This document shows positions 29,711-39,445 of a stretch of DNA of 64,000 nt, one piece after another (position 1 is the stretch's first letter; the number at the start of each line of letters is the position of its first letter). Made by a program: the position numbers and the translations under genes. Source of the DNA: an uncultured Spirochaetota bacterium (GTDB lineage: Bacteria; Spirochaetota; Brevinematia; Brevinematales; JAOACQ01); NCBI GenBank assembly GCA_963768055.1, contig CAVYGN010000002.1, positions 1,568,001 to 1,632,000 of the forward strand, written 5' to 3'. Under the pieces are notes generated by a model. It had not been told where the DNA came from. It was given only the letters and a program-made list of their open reading frames with translations, and did no database searches.

Positions 29711-29796
29711 GGGGTGGACGCAGGAAACGGATAATTTTGTACGTTAAGGAAGTTACTTGGGGCGGACGTAGAATTTGGACAAAATTGTACGCTAAG
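29711..29796 (+). repeat. Two tandem intact 38-bp Tn3-type IRs
   Basis: GGGGTGGACGCAGGAAACGGATAATTTTGTACGTTAAG (29711-29748) and GGGGCGGACGTAGAATTTGGACAAAATTGTACGCTAAG (29759-29796). Confidence 0.85.
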
Positions 29797-29820
29797 GTTT
29801 TAAGGGTGCCACCGCTTTTT

Positions 29821-30117
29821 CTATGCTGTTATCTTTTCATCGAATTTTATAACGTTTCGCGGTTTTTTATATGCCTCCCAGTAGTTTAACCTGGTCTGCA
29901 TATTGTACCAGCTCTCCGGACTCGTGTTTGTAGCCTCGCCAATCCGGATAGACATTTCAAGGCTCAAGGCGGCATGCTCGTGGATTATATCAACAAGCAT
30001 TTTTCTGGTGATCCCCAGCCGTTTAGCCGCCTCGGTTACGGTCATTCCCAGGGGTTTTATTACGTCTTCAAGCAACACTTTTCCTGGATGGGTGGGTCGC
30101 CTTTCTGTTATATTCAT
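29821..30117 (-). CDS. higA: HigA antitoxin
   Basis: PTHPGKVL, HTH, TSPESWYNMQ. Confidence 0.92.
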   Translation of the reverse strand: MNITERRPTHPGKVLLEDVIKPLGMTVTEAAKRLGITRKMLVDIIHEHAALSLEMSIRIGEATNTSPESWYNMQTRLNYWEAYKKPRNVIKFDEKITA

Positions 30118-30129
30118 TTTATTGTCCTC

Positions 30130-30408
30130 TCAATGATAATCTTCATAATCAACTGAAACAACATTTTCATTTTCAAATTTAAAAGTCAGTCTCCAATTCC
30201 CGCTAACATCAGCCGCCCATGTACCTCTACGCTTGCCCTGAAGTTCATGAAGTCCGTATGCCGGAAGATTCATGTCGGATGGTGCTTTTGCGGTCGCAAG
30301 CCTATCGAGCATCCTAAAAAGTTTTTCGGCATGGTTGGGATCGATGCCCTTTTTAGTGCCTGTGTCAAAAAAGGCTTCAAGCCCTTTGTGTCGGAAAGAC
30401 TTTATCAT
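30130..30408 (-). CDS. higB: HigB toxin
   Basis: MIKSFRHKGL...LHELQG...VSGNWRLTF...DYEDYH. Confidence 0.92.
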   Translation of the reverse strand: MIKSFRHKGLEAFFDTGTKKGIDPNHAEKLFRMLDRLATAKAPSDMNLPAYGLHELQGKRRGTWAADVSGNWRLTFKFENENVVSVDYEDYH

Positions 30409-30415
30409 ATAGTTA

Positions 30416-30444
30416 ATTGTAATATGAGTAGTGCGGCTTGTCAA
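30416..30444 (-). promoter_or_regulatory. higBA promoter
   Basis: TTGACA-N17-TACAAT ending 7 nt before the ATG. Confidence 0.7.
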
Positions 30445-30495
30445 GTTGATTTATAGAATAGGTCCGGGTTGAAATATGATCTATGGCCAATAATC

Positions 30496-30615
30496 TGTCA
30501 GAATGAAGTATACTCTAATCTGACGTCAGGATACCTGCCTAAAACACGTCAGAATAAAGTCATATAATATATTTATTGACACAATTATAAAAAGGTCTTA
30601 GACTCTAATCTGACA
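30496..30615. other. res site (subsites I-III)
   Basis: TGTCAGAATGAAG-TATA-CTCTAATCTGACG (site I, central TATA), CGTCAGAATA...TATTGACA and ACTCTAATCTGACA upstream of tnpR. Confidence 0.8.
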
Positions 30616-30634
30616 TATTTCATAGAGGTATGAT

Positions 30635-31213
30635 ATGACAGAACATAAAGTGGGTTATCTTAGGGTTAGCTCTATCGACCAGAATACTGACAGACAATTA
30701 GAAGGCCTTACTCTGGACAAGGTATTTATTGATAAGGCATCCGGCAAAGATATTAAACGTCCGGAACTCGAGAAACTGATCGAATTCGTCCGAAAAGGTG
30801 ATACGATCGTTGTACACAGTATGGACCGGTTAGCCCGCAACCTGGATAATCTGAGGCAATTAGTTCAAAATCTTACCAGTCGCGGCATCAAAATCCAGTT
30901 TTTAAAAGAAAACCTTATTTTTACAGGCGATGATTCCCCGATGTCAAACCTCCTGTTATCAGTTATGGGGGCTTTTGCGGAATTTGAACGGGCGCTGATA
31001 CGGGAGCGGCAGCTTGAAGGAATAGCCCTGGCTAAAAAGAAGGGAGAATATAGGGGCAGAAAAAAAACTCTGTCAGCCGAACAAATAAGACAAATCAGGG
31101 ATAGGGTAGCAGCTGGGGAAATGAAATCTAAAATTGCACGGGACATTGGAATCAGCAGGGAAACCCTTTATCAATACCTGAAAGGAAATGGAAATTTGAA
31201 TGCCCCGACGTAA
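30635..31213 (+). CDS. tnpR: Serine resolvase
   Basis: GYLRVSS, SMDRLAR, EFERALIRERQ, ISRETLYQYL. Confidence 0.95.
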   Translation: MTEHKVGYLRVSSIDQNTDRQLEGLTLDKVFIDKASGKDIKRPELEKLIEFVRKGDTIVVHSMDRLARNLDNLRQLVQNLTSRGIKIQFLKENLIFTGDDSPMSNLLLSVMGAFAEFERALIRERQLEGIALAKKKGEYRGRKKTLSAEQIRQIRDRVAAGEMKSKIARDIGISRETLYQYLKGNGNLNAPT

Positions 31214-34166
31214 AATATTTTCTTCCGAAGAATATTTATCATTGCTTGCTTTCCCAACTGAACAGGCCGATCTTGTCCAATGCTATGCCTTTTCAGAAAA
31301 CGATCTGTCTGTCATAAGGCAGCATCGTGGGAATCATAACAGGCTGGGGTTCGCCATTCAGCTATGCTGCCTTCGTTATCCCGGCATAACTTTAACCCCC
31401 ACTGATCAACCGCCTGCAGACCTGATAATTTTTGTAGCCAGTCAACTGAATGTCAATCCGGATGATTGGAATAATTATGCTGAAAGGGACCAAACCCGCC
31501 AGGAACACTTGCTTGAAATTCAGAAAAGATTCAAATTCCAGATGTTTTCAACAGTCTGGTATAGACATTTTATAAAAAAACTGATGAACCTTGCCTTACA
31601 GACTGATAAAGGGATAGTCCTGGCAACCGCATTAATTCAGGAACTTCGTAAAAAGCAAGTTATCATTCCGTCAATGGATGTCATTGAACGGCTGGTATCA
31701 GAAACAATCTACCAGGGAACGAACAGAATATATCAAATTCTTGCCGGATCGTTTACAGAAGAACAACGCCTGAAACTGGATAGCTTGTTGTCATTGAAAC
31801 CGGACACGAGAATAAGCGTCCTGACATGGCTGAAGCAGCCTCCCGGACCTCCAAAGACCAAGCATATATTGAAACACATTGAACGTTTAAAATACGTGAT
31901 GTCATTCTCCATAGATGATGAGATCGGACGTCTGATACATCAAAACCGGCTTCTGAAAATTGCCCGGGAAGGCGGCCAAATAACAGCCCAGCATTTGCGT
32001 GATTTTGAGACTAGGCATCGTTACGCCACACTGACGGCTATCCTTATAGACGTCAAAGCCACCCTTATTGATGAAATTGTGGATTTGCATGACAGGATTA
32101 TGGGGAATCTTTTTAACAAGGCAAAGAACAAACATGCTGAAAAATTTCAGAAATCAGGTAAGGCCATTAATGAGAAAATAAGGTTATACTATCAAATTGG
32201 CCAGGCATTGCTTGATGCAAAGATAAATGGCACTAATCCCTTCGAAGCGGTTGAGGCAATTATTCCATGGAATGATTTTACACAGAGTATTAACGAGGCC
32301 CAGAAACTCATGCAGGCAGAAAACTTTGACTATCTATATCTTATTGGTAGTGGATACACACATATCAGGAAGTATGCCCCGGCACTACTGGACATCCTGC
32401 AGCTGAAAGCCGCGCCTTCGTCCCGGGAATTATTAGATGCGATAGAAATCCTGAGGAATATGAACTCAAATAATATCCGGTCTGTTCCGGAAAACGCTCC
32501 TGTCGGATTTGTAAGGAAACGCTGGGAGAAACTGGTACTTACCAATGATGTAATTGACCGCCGGTTTTATGAGTTATGCATCCTGGCTGAATTGAAAAAT
32601 GCTTTGCGGTCAGGCGATATCTGGATAAAAGGGGCGCGTCAATATAAGGATTTTGAAGAATACCTTCTACCTGTCAATCAATTCACAGAATTGCTGGATA
32701 GGAAAGAACTGCCAATAGCCGTTGTTACAGACTTTGATGATTACATTAAGGAACGATTTTCATTGCTGGAAGAAATACTGCAAACCGTGGACAGTCTGGC
32801 AAGCCAGAATCAATTACAGGATGTCTCGATCACAAAATCAGGTCTTAAAATATCTCCTCTGGCAGATGACGTACCCGATGAAGCCAAAGCCTTAACAAGC
32901 CGATTGTATTCCTTTCTGCCTCACCTGAAGATTACTGATCTTCTTCTCGAAGTGGATAATTGGACCGGATTTACCAGTAAATTTACCAACATGAAAACAG
33001 GAGAGGCTGCTAATGATCGCGCCCTTCTTCTGACCGCGATCCTTTCTGATGCCATTAATCTTGGATTAAGAAAAATGGCCGAATCCTGCGAGGGTATTAC
33101 GTATGCCAAGCTATCATGGCTGCAGGCATGGTTTATAAGGGACGATACTTATTCTGCAGCATTGGCCGCTCTTGTTAATGCTCAAATTGGACAGCCTCTT
33201 GCGTCATATTGGGGCGACGGCACTGCTTCCTCATCTGACGGCCAGTATTTCAGGTCAGGCTCACATGGTAAAGCGTCAGGCCGTTTTAATGCAAAACATG
33301 GTGATGAACCCGGAATCATGTTCTACACCCATGTCTCGGATATATATGTTCCATTTTATGTTCAGCCTTTACATCCTACAATGAGTGAATCGCCCTTTGT
33401 AATTGACGGCCTTCTTTACCATGAATCCGAGCTCCGGATTAAAGAACATTTTACCGATACGAGAGGTTTCAGCGACCATGTGTTTGCGTTAATGCACCTT
33501 CTTGGATTCAATTTCGAACCACGTATCCGAGATCTTGCCGATAAAAAGCTCTATATCCCTGGAAACCAGAAGGCTTATCCAATATTATCTCCATTGATAG
33601 GCGGCAGCATTGACAAAAAACTGATCCGGGATAATTGGAATGAAATACTTCGTCTTGCAACATCAATCAAACAGGGAACTGTTACAGCCTCTTTGATGTT
33701 AAGAAAGTTGAGCGGTTATCCTCGGCAGAACAAACTCTCGTTAGCCTTGCGTGAATTTGGCCGTATAGATCGTACACTATTTACCTTGAACTGGTTAAAA
33801 GATTTAGAAATGCGAAAGCGAGGTCAGATTGAGTTAAATAAAGGAGAATCTGAACACTATCTTGATCGGGCTGTTTTCTTTAATCGGCTTGGAGAGATCA
33901 GAGACCGGAGTTTTGAGAACCAGCGTTTCAGGGCAAGCGGCCTGACTACTGTCGTGGCGGCTATCATACTTTGGAACACTGTTTATCTAAACCGGGTATT
34001 AACCGAATTAAGAGATAAAGACGAAATAATAGATAATGACTTGCTTCAGCATGTTTCACCTTTAGGCTGGGAACATATCAATCTTACTGGGGATTATAGT
34101 TGGCGGCAAAATAAACAGGTTGAGAAAGGCAAATTTAGACGGCTGAATTACTTTGAAAATCCTTAA
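31200..34166 (+). CDS. tnpA: Tn3-family transposase (Tn21-like), intact
   Basis: MPRRKI, NRLGFAIQL, SSDGQ, TDTRG, LNKGE, SPLGWEHINLTGDY. Confidence 0.96.
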   Translation: MPRRKIFSSEEYLSLLAFPTEQADLVQCYAFSENDLSVIRQHRGNHNRLGFAIQLCCLRYPGITLTPTDQPPADLIIFVASQLNVNPDDWNNYAERDQTRQEHLLEIQKRFKFQMFSTVWYRHFIKKLMNLALQTDKGIVLATALIQELRKKQVIIPSMDVIERLVSETIYQGTNRIYQILAGSFTEEQRLKLDSLLSLKPDTRISVLTWLKQPPGPPKTKHILKHIERLKYVMSFSIDDEIGRLIHQNRLLKIAREGGQITAQHLRDFETRHRYATLTAILIDVKATLIDEIVDLHDRIMGNLFNKAKNKHAEKFQKSGKAINEKIRLYYQIGQALLDAKINGTNPFEAVEAIIPWNDFTQSINEAQKLMQAENFDYLYLIGSGYTHIRKYAPALLDILQLKAAPSSRELLDAIEILRNMNSNNIRSVPENAPVGFVRKRWEKLVLTNDVIDRRFYELCILAELKNALRSGDIWIKGARQYKDFEEYLLPVNQFTELLDRKELPIAVVTDFDDYIKERFSLLEEILQTVDSLASQNQLQDVSITKSGLKISPLADDVPDEAKALTSRLYSFLPHLKITDLLLEVDNWTGFTSKFTNMKTGEAANDRALLLTAILSDAINLGLRKMAESCEGITYAKLSWLQAWFIRDDTYSAALAALVNAQIGQPLASYWGDGTASSSDGQYFRSGSHGKASGRFNAKHGDEPGIMFYTHVSDIYVPFYVQPLHPTMSESPFVIDGLLYHESELRIKEHFTDTRGFSDHVFALMHLLGFNFEPRIRDLADKKLYIPGNQKAYPILSPLIGGSIDKKLIRDNWNEILRLATSIKQGTVTASLMLRKLSGYPRQNKLSLALREFGRIDRTLFTLNWLKDLEMRKRGQIELNKGESEHYLDRAVFFNRLGEIRDRSFENQRFRASGLTTVVAAIILWNTVYLNRVLTELRDKDEIIDNDLLQHVSPLGWEHINLTGDYSWRQNKQVEKGKFRRLNYFENP

Positions 34167-34226
34167 CGTGGTTAAATTTCCGTTTCGTGAGCCGACCCCT
34201 ATATAAGTAAAATTAATGCTTCGGTA

Positions 34227-34550
34227 ATGTTTAAAAGAGGTAGTTTTATGGTATTGAGGCTGTTAAAACTCACTTTTTTTTCCCTGGGGATAGCTGCCGC
34301 TGTTTTTTTAATATTGAGATTGTTTTTTAATATCGCCGTTTCAGGTGAAATAGCTCTCTTGATCTTTATTCTTCAATTGCTGGTAATGATATTGCTGACA
34401 TCGAAGAAAATGGCTACGGTCATGGCCGACAGGACGATAAAGTGCCCCCACTGCGGCTCAGATGTCGAGGCGGCTTTTATCAACGGTTCCCTCGCAATGA
34501 GTTTCGAATGCCCTGCATGCGGTAAGATAATCGGCGGCGACAGCGTCTAA
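34227..34550 (+). CDS. Membrane protein with zinc ribbon
   Basis: Two TM helices, CPHC..CPAC. Confidence 0.6.
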   Translation: MFKRGSFMVLRLLKLTFFSLGIAAAVFLILRLFFNIAVSGEIALLIFILQLLVMILLTSKKMATVMADRTIKCPHCGSDVEAAFINGSLAMSFECPACGKIIGGDSV

Positions 34551-34591
34551 ATATAAACACAACATTATCGGGTTATTTTTAAAAAAAAGAG

Positions 34592-34643
34592 TTGACTAAT
34601 CGATTTTTTTTATGTTATAATAGTTGATTGATCAACTATTATA
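34592..34643 (+). promoter_or_regulatory. Promoter and MarR-type operator
   Basis: TTGACT-N18-TATAAT (extended TG); perfect inverted repeat TATAATAGTTGAT-TG-ATCAACTATTATA at 34616-34643. Confidence 0.8.
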
Positions 34644-34657
34644 CGGAAGGATCAATA

Positions 34658-35083
34658 ATGGAATTTATTTCAAGGTTCTTCTGGCAGATCAATAAGAATA
34701 GTCAGGTTTTTATTGCCTGCAGGTTAAAAAGGTTTAAGATAGGAAACGGCCAGCTTCCATTACTTATGCTTCTTTTCAATTATAAGGAATGCTTAAACCA
34801 GGAAGAGATTTCGCAATTATTAAATATCGACAAAGGGGCTACCGCGAGAGCGGTCGGTAAACTCCTGAAAGAAGGATTTATAAATAGAAGCCCGGACGCT
34901 AAAGACAACAGGATGCAAAGGATCAGTTTATCTGAAAAAGCGCGTAGGATGAAAGATGACTTTTTTAATATCGCGGATGAATGGCAAAATATTTTATTAA
35001 AAGGCGTTTCCAGAAAGGATAAGGAATATTTTTTGGAAATTCTAAAAAAAATAAAAAAAAATTCACAAAATTTTAGAGATTAA
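34658..35083 (+). CDS. MarR-family regulator
   Basis: NQEEIS..IDKGATARAVGKL..D.KDNR. Confidence 0.9.
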   Translation: MEFISRFFWQINKNSQVFIACRLKRFKIGNGQLPLLMLLFNYKECLNQEEISQLLNIDKGATARAVGKLLKEGFINRSPDAKDNRMQRISLSEKARRMKDDFFNIADEWQNILLKGVSRKDKEYFLEILKKIKKNSQNFRD

Positions 35084-35084
35084 T

Positions 35085-36422
35085 ATGAAAATATTGCTGG
35101 TATATACTAACCGTTACCGGTATATCCCGCCGCCGCCGGTAGGACTGGCTTATCTTGTAAATCCGTTAAAGGCCCGGGGGCATGATGTGCATGTGCTGGA
35201 TTTAATGTTTTCAAAAAATCCTCATCAGGATATTGAAATCTCCCTTCATAAATTCAATCCGGATTTCGCCGGTTTTTCGATAAGAAACCTCGATAATCAA
35301 TACATGCTGGATCTAAAGAGCCCCCTTCCCGATATTAAAGAGTATGTCGCCGAAGTAAAAAGTAAAGGGGTTACAACTATACTGGGAGGCACTGCGTTTA
35401 CAACCATGCCGGTGGAGATGCTTGAATATATGGGCGCTGATTACGGAATAGCCGGGCAGGGGGAAGAAAGCCTTCAGGTACTGATCGAGGCGATAGAAAA
35501 AAAGAAGGATTTAACCGGCATATCCGGCCTGGTTTATAGATCCGGAAGCGCAGTATATGTGAATCCTCCGGTAATAAAAGGTTACAACGGCAATATTTGC
35601 GCCGATTGGAGCTCCTTCAACACAAAACCTTACAAGAAAAACGCGCTTCTGACTCCCGCGGGCGTTGTTGTTGTGAAAACAGGCTGTCCTTACGAATGCT
35701 CTTATTGCGATGTAAGGAGCACTATGGGCGGAGTTCCTGTTTTCAGGGAAACCGTTAAAATTCTTGATGAAATCAAGTCGATAAAAAAAACACAAAAGAT
35801 ACGTAATTTCTTCCTGGTAGATCCTTGCTTCAATTCGCCACTGGACAAGGCAAAAGAATTTTTAAACGAAATGATCGCTGCCGATCCGGGTATTCGTTTT
35901 ATATCGCGCTGCAATCCCGTACATAATTCTTTTGACAATGAATTTTTCACCCTTTATAAAAAAGCCGGAGGATATTCTATTAATTCGGCCATCGACTCTT
36001 TTTCGGATGCAATGCTTAAAAACTATCGAAAGCCTTTCTTATTTGAAGATATAGCCCTTTTCAGCAGATTGGCGAAAAAGAACGGAATCCGCTTTATATC
36101 GGAAATGCTTTTCGGGGGGCCCGGGGAAACCGTTGAAACAATTAAAGATTCTATGGCTTTACTGCCTTATGTCGAATATTCCATGTTCTTATATTCTATC
36201 GGGGTAAGGATCAGCCCGCGCACTGCGGTGTTCGCATCAGCAGTAAAAGAAGGCTTTATAAGGGATTCTTCGGAACTCCTTTTTGCAAAATTTTATGTTT
36301 CAAAGTATATCGATGTCGGATGGGCTAAAAAATTTATCGGCGAATCGGTTAAAAAATATTCCTACCGTTACCGTAGAATGGCGCCGGTAATATTGCGGAA
36401 TGTGCTGGATGCGATTCTATAA
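35085..36422 (+). CDS. B12-binding radical SAM protein
   Basis: PPVGLAYL cobalamin-binding N-terminus; CPYECSYC; GGPGET. Confidence 0.9.
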   Translation: MKILLVYTNRYRYIPPPPVGLAYLVNPLKARGHDVHVLDLMFSKNPHQDIEISLHKFNPDFAGFSIRNLDNQYMLDLKSPLPDIKEYVAEVKSKGVTTILGGTAFTTMPVEMLEYMGADYGIAGQGEESLQVLIEAIEKKKDLTGISGLVYRSGSAVYVNPPVIKGYNGNICADWSSFNTKPYKKNALLTPAGVVVVKTGCPYECSYCDVRSTMGGVPVFRETVKILDEIKSIKKTQKIRNFFLVDPCFNSPLDKAKEFLNEMIAADPGIRFISRCNPVHNSFDNEFFTLYKKAGGYSINSAIDSFSDAMLKNYRKPFLFEDIALFSRLAKKNGIRFISEMLFGGPGETVETIKDSMALLPYVEYSMFLYSIGVRISPRTAVFASAVKEGFIRDSSELLFAKFYVSKYIDVGWAKKFIGESVKKYSYRYRRMAPVILRNVLDAIL

Positions 36423-36457
36423 TGTTGTAATCGCAGATATACAATCAATAGACATAT

Positions 36458-37405
36458 TTATTTATTAGGAAAGTATTTCAAATTTATCTTAGCCGATATT
36501 TCCTCTGTAACCGGGGTAGGGACATTTTCTTCCTTTCCCATGCTTATTATCGACATGCCGAAAATATTTCCCTCGTTTTTGCCGCCCGATTCAAGGTCGC
36601 GCTGGTAGGATGTTTTTGCGTCCGGGGTGAACAAACGAGCCTTCTCGATAGTTTCTTCGATAATTCCATCCGGCAGGGCCTTTCCAGGGCCCTTCTTAAC
36701 GGAAATGGCTGCGATCTCTTCCAGGATATTCCTGACAAGAATCAGGGTTTCAGGATCGGCATAAACTTCCCCGATCGGCTTGCCTGAAAACGCCGTCACC
36801 ATGCCGTAAGAGGCGACAAAGAGGTATTTACCCCAGATCGCCGGATACGGATCGTCGTACCACCGGCAATCGATCCCCGCCCTTGTGAATAATTCAACCG
36901 TTTCTTTTTGTTCGAAGGAGCGGCCTCGCTCATTGCCTATGTAAATCCTTCCCGCGGACCCGCTCTGAGCGACAATGCCCGGCCGTTCTATATGAGTGCC
37001 GACATAGGCGCAGCCCGGGAGCAGAATTCCTTCGTTATAGAACCGGCGTATCCTCCGGACTATATCAACGCCGTTCAAGAGAGGGATTAAACCAGTCTCT
37101 TTTCCGGAAACGATTGCGATATCCCTCACGGCTGCCTCTAAATCATATTCTTTGACGCATAATAAAACAATGTCGGGACGGGGGAGTTTCTTAATATCAT
37201 CGCCGGCGGAGAAAGGCCGGCATACCGATACGGTATTTCCAGTCTTAAGCAGGAGACCGTTTTTCATGATTTGATCAAGATGTTCGCCCCGTGCTGCAAA
37301 AGAAACCTTTATTTCGGCTGATTTTTCGTAAAAAGAGGCGAGCCTTCCGCCAAAGTAGCCTCCCACCCCTCCGACGCCATAAATCATTATGTTCCGTATC
37401 ATCAA
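36458..37405 (-). CDS. panE: Ketopantoate reductase family
   Basis: GVGGVGGYFG, LLNG, WGKY, TSYQRD, E. Confidence 0.88.
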   Translation of the reverse strand: MMIRNIMIYGVGGVGGYFGGRLASFYEKSAEIKVSFAARGEHLDQIMKNGLLLKTGNTVSVCRPFSAGDDIKKLPRPDIVLLCVKEYDLEAAVRDIAIVSGKETGLIPLLNGVDIVRRIRRFYNEGILLPGCAYVGTHIERPGIVAQSGSAGRIYIGNERGRSFEQKETVELFTRAGIDCRWYDDPYPAIWGKYLFVASYGMVTAFSGKPIGEVYADPETLILVRNILEEIAAISVKKGPGKALPDGIIEETIEKARLFTPDAKTSYQRDLESGGKNEGNIFGMSIISMGKEENVPTPVTEEISAKINLKYFPNK

Positions 37406-37497
37406 AACCCTCTAGTTAATATATAGTAAATATAATACAGTATAATTAAAGTCGGAGGTCTTGTCAATAGATTGTCTTCATCGAAGCTATTTTTCAT

Positions 37498-37526
37498 TTG
37501 ACAATCAATTAATCAAGTCTTATAAT
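37498..37526 (+). promoter_or_regulatory. Consensus sigma70 promoter
   Basis: TTGACA-N17-TATAAT. Confidence 0.7.
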
Positions 37527-37570
37527 CGTTCTAATTATTTAGCGCAAAATGGTAAAAGGGGCAAAGATTT

Positions 37571-38326
37571 ATGAAAGAAAAAACAATTTTATTTGCTTTC
37601 AGGCCGTCTAAAGAATTGCTGATCATACTATTGATTTTTGTCGCAGGGGTGTTTTTTAATTTTATCGCCGATTATTCAGGAAGAGGCACTTTTCTGTTTT
37701 ATTTATTTTACCAGGTAATATTTGTCATTGGAATATGCATTTTCATTCCTCTTTATTATACCGTTTTTTATAGGAAAGAAAAATTGGAGACGATCGGTAT
37801 TTCTTCTAAAAAATGGCTGCAAGCTGTATTGATCGGGCTCCTTATTGCCGGAATAACAGCCGGGGGAAGCCTGATTCATAAAACTATTATACTCCCGCCG
37901 ACTGATAAACTGGTATATCTGGTACTATGTTTAATAATGTCGACCTTATTTGAAGAAGTGTTTTTCCGCGGATTTCTGCAAACCAAATTCGAGAATTATT
38001 TCGGCATGGTACCTGCCATCATCATAGCCGGCATATGTTTCGGCCTGTATCATATGGGTTATTCCGATATGCGGAATATAAATGACCTGCTGATTTTATC
38101 AACGGTAGGGATAGTATTTTCAATTTCATTTCGAATAACAAAAAATATTATTACTTCTTACATAGTCAATCTGCCAAATGCAGTTATAACATTTCTGGTT
38201 CGAAAAACCTATTTTAATATGGATGCCGCCGTTATTTCATTAATAGTAACTATCGTAGCAATAACGTTGATATATTACTTCGGCAGGAGTTCTAAAACGG
38301 CCGGCGATATCGCCGGTCAAAAATAA
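37571..38326 (+). CDS. CPBP (Abi/CAAX) intramembrane protease family
   Basis: EEVFFRG and FGLYH motifs; multi-TM. Confidence 0.88.
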   Translation: MKEKTILFAFRPSKELLIILLIFVAGVFFNFIADYSGRGTFLFYLFYQVIFVIGICIFIPLYYTVFYRKEKLETIGISSKKWLQAVLIGLLIAGITAGGSLIHKTIILPPTDKLVYLVLCLIMSTLFEEVFFRGFLQTKFENYFGMVPAIIIAGICFGLYHMGYSDMRNINDLLILSTVGIVFSISFRITKNIITSYIVNLPNAVITFLVRKTYFNMDAAVISLIVTIVAITLIYYFGRSSKTAGDIAGQK

Positions 38327-38338
38327 AAGGATCTAATT

Positions 38339-39400
38339 ATGAATTTTCCAACCAGCGTGTCTTTTACTATTACCAACGCCTGCAACTTGCGCTGTAAAAT
38401 GTGCGGGCAATGGAACGAGAGGGGTTATATTCAAAATCATAAAGATCAATTACAGCATGAAATTAAGCTCTCCGTCTGGAAGAAATTGATTGATGAAATG
38501 GCTGAAAATGAGGTCTTTTCTGTCCTTCTGCGCGGCGGCGAGCCGTTTATGCATCCTGATATTATCGAATTGCTGGAATATATTCATTTTAAGGGTTTAT
38601 TTACTTCGATAGATACGAATGGAACTTATCTGGAAAAATACCTGAAAGATATAGTCAGAATAGGCAAAATTCATCTTACTATTTCTGTTGACGGTCCTGA
38701 AGAAATACATGATTATGTAAGGGGTATTAAGGGGAGCTTTCATAAAGCCAGGGAAAATATTCTGGCTTTAAACGAACTGGAAAAAGAAAGTCCGAATAAG
38801 ATCGGCAAATCTATCAACTTTACTATAAGCCCTCATTCCTATAAAGGACTTGGCGCAATGCCGGAAATTGCAAGAAGCTTGGGAATTAACAGCATTTCAA
38901 TTGTCCCATATTACTACGTCACCGACCGGATGGGGAAAGAATATGAGAAAATCCTGAAAGATAATTTTAACATTCGGGCTTATTCATGGAACGGTTTTTA
39001 CAATGCGGATTCCGGGATCGATTTTGAAATCTTTAAAAATGAATTTCATAAATTTATGGATAACTTAAAAGGTATATTTAATTTTCCTTATATGGGTTCC
39101 GGCAGGGAGGGGTTCTCTTTAGAGGATTATCGAGTTTGGTTTCATGATGCAACTACACCGGCGGGAACTTTTAAATGCATGAATGTCGAAAGATTTATCG
39201 ATATTCAGCCCGACGGCAACGTAAATTTTTGTACTGATTTTCCGGATGCGGCATTAGGTAATGTTTTGAAAAATTCCATACATGAAATATGGAATGGTGA
39301 AAAGGCTGAAAAATTCCGGGAATACCGCCGGAAAAAGATGCTTCCCGTCTGCTTCCGGTGCGGGGCCAAATATATGTCTGAGGTAGCGGATAAATTATAA
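38339..39400 (+). CDS. Radical SAM / SPASM-twitch protein
   Basis: CNLRCKMC, GGEP, C-terminal C..IQPDG..FC..CFRC. Confidence 0.9.
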   Translation: MNFPTSVSFTITNACNLRCKMCGQWNERGYIQNHKDQLQHEIKLSVWKKLIDEMAENEVFSVLLRGGEPFMHPDIIELLEYIHFKGLFTSIDTNGTYLEKYLKDIVRIGKIHLTISVDGPEEIHDYVRGIKGSFHKARENILALNELEKESPNKIGKSINFTISPHSYKGLGAMPEIARSLGINSISIVPYYYVTDRMGKEYEKILKDNFNIRAYSWNGFYNADSGIDFEIFKNEFHKFMDNLKGIFNFPYMGSGREGFSLEDYRVWFHDATTPAGTFKCMNVERFIDIQPDGNVNFCTDFPDAALGNVLKNSIHEIWNGEKAEKFREYRRKKMLPVCFRCGAKYMSEVADKL

Positions 39401-39445
39401 GTCAATATTTGGCGTTATGTTTATTAACAGGGGCCTTTTAAAATC

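Larger units (their letters stand above)
26822..34199 (+). mobile_element. Tn3-family transposon (Tn-C) with passengers, higBA, res, tnpR, tnpA
   Basis: 38-bp IRs GAGGTCAGCTCACGAAACGGAAATTTAACCACGCTAAG (26822-26859) and reverse complement GGGGTCGGCTCACGAAACGGAAATTTAACCACGTTAAG (34162-34199), 35/38. No TSD (TACTT / TATAT). Confidence 0.9.

Noticed and set aside
1..34199. CRISPR-associated transposon (RNA-guided transposition)
   Set aside because: Cas3 and the adaptation genes are intact, no tnsABC/tniQ was seen, and IR orientation places both cas blocks outside the transposons.
26817..34204. Target-site duplication for Tn-C or for other IR pairs
   Set aside because: Flanks differ (TACTT/TATAT; GATAT/TATTT). 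Identical flanks occur only at same-orientation ends, which fits AT-rich target preference.
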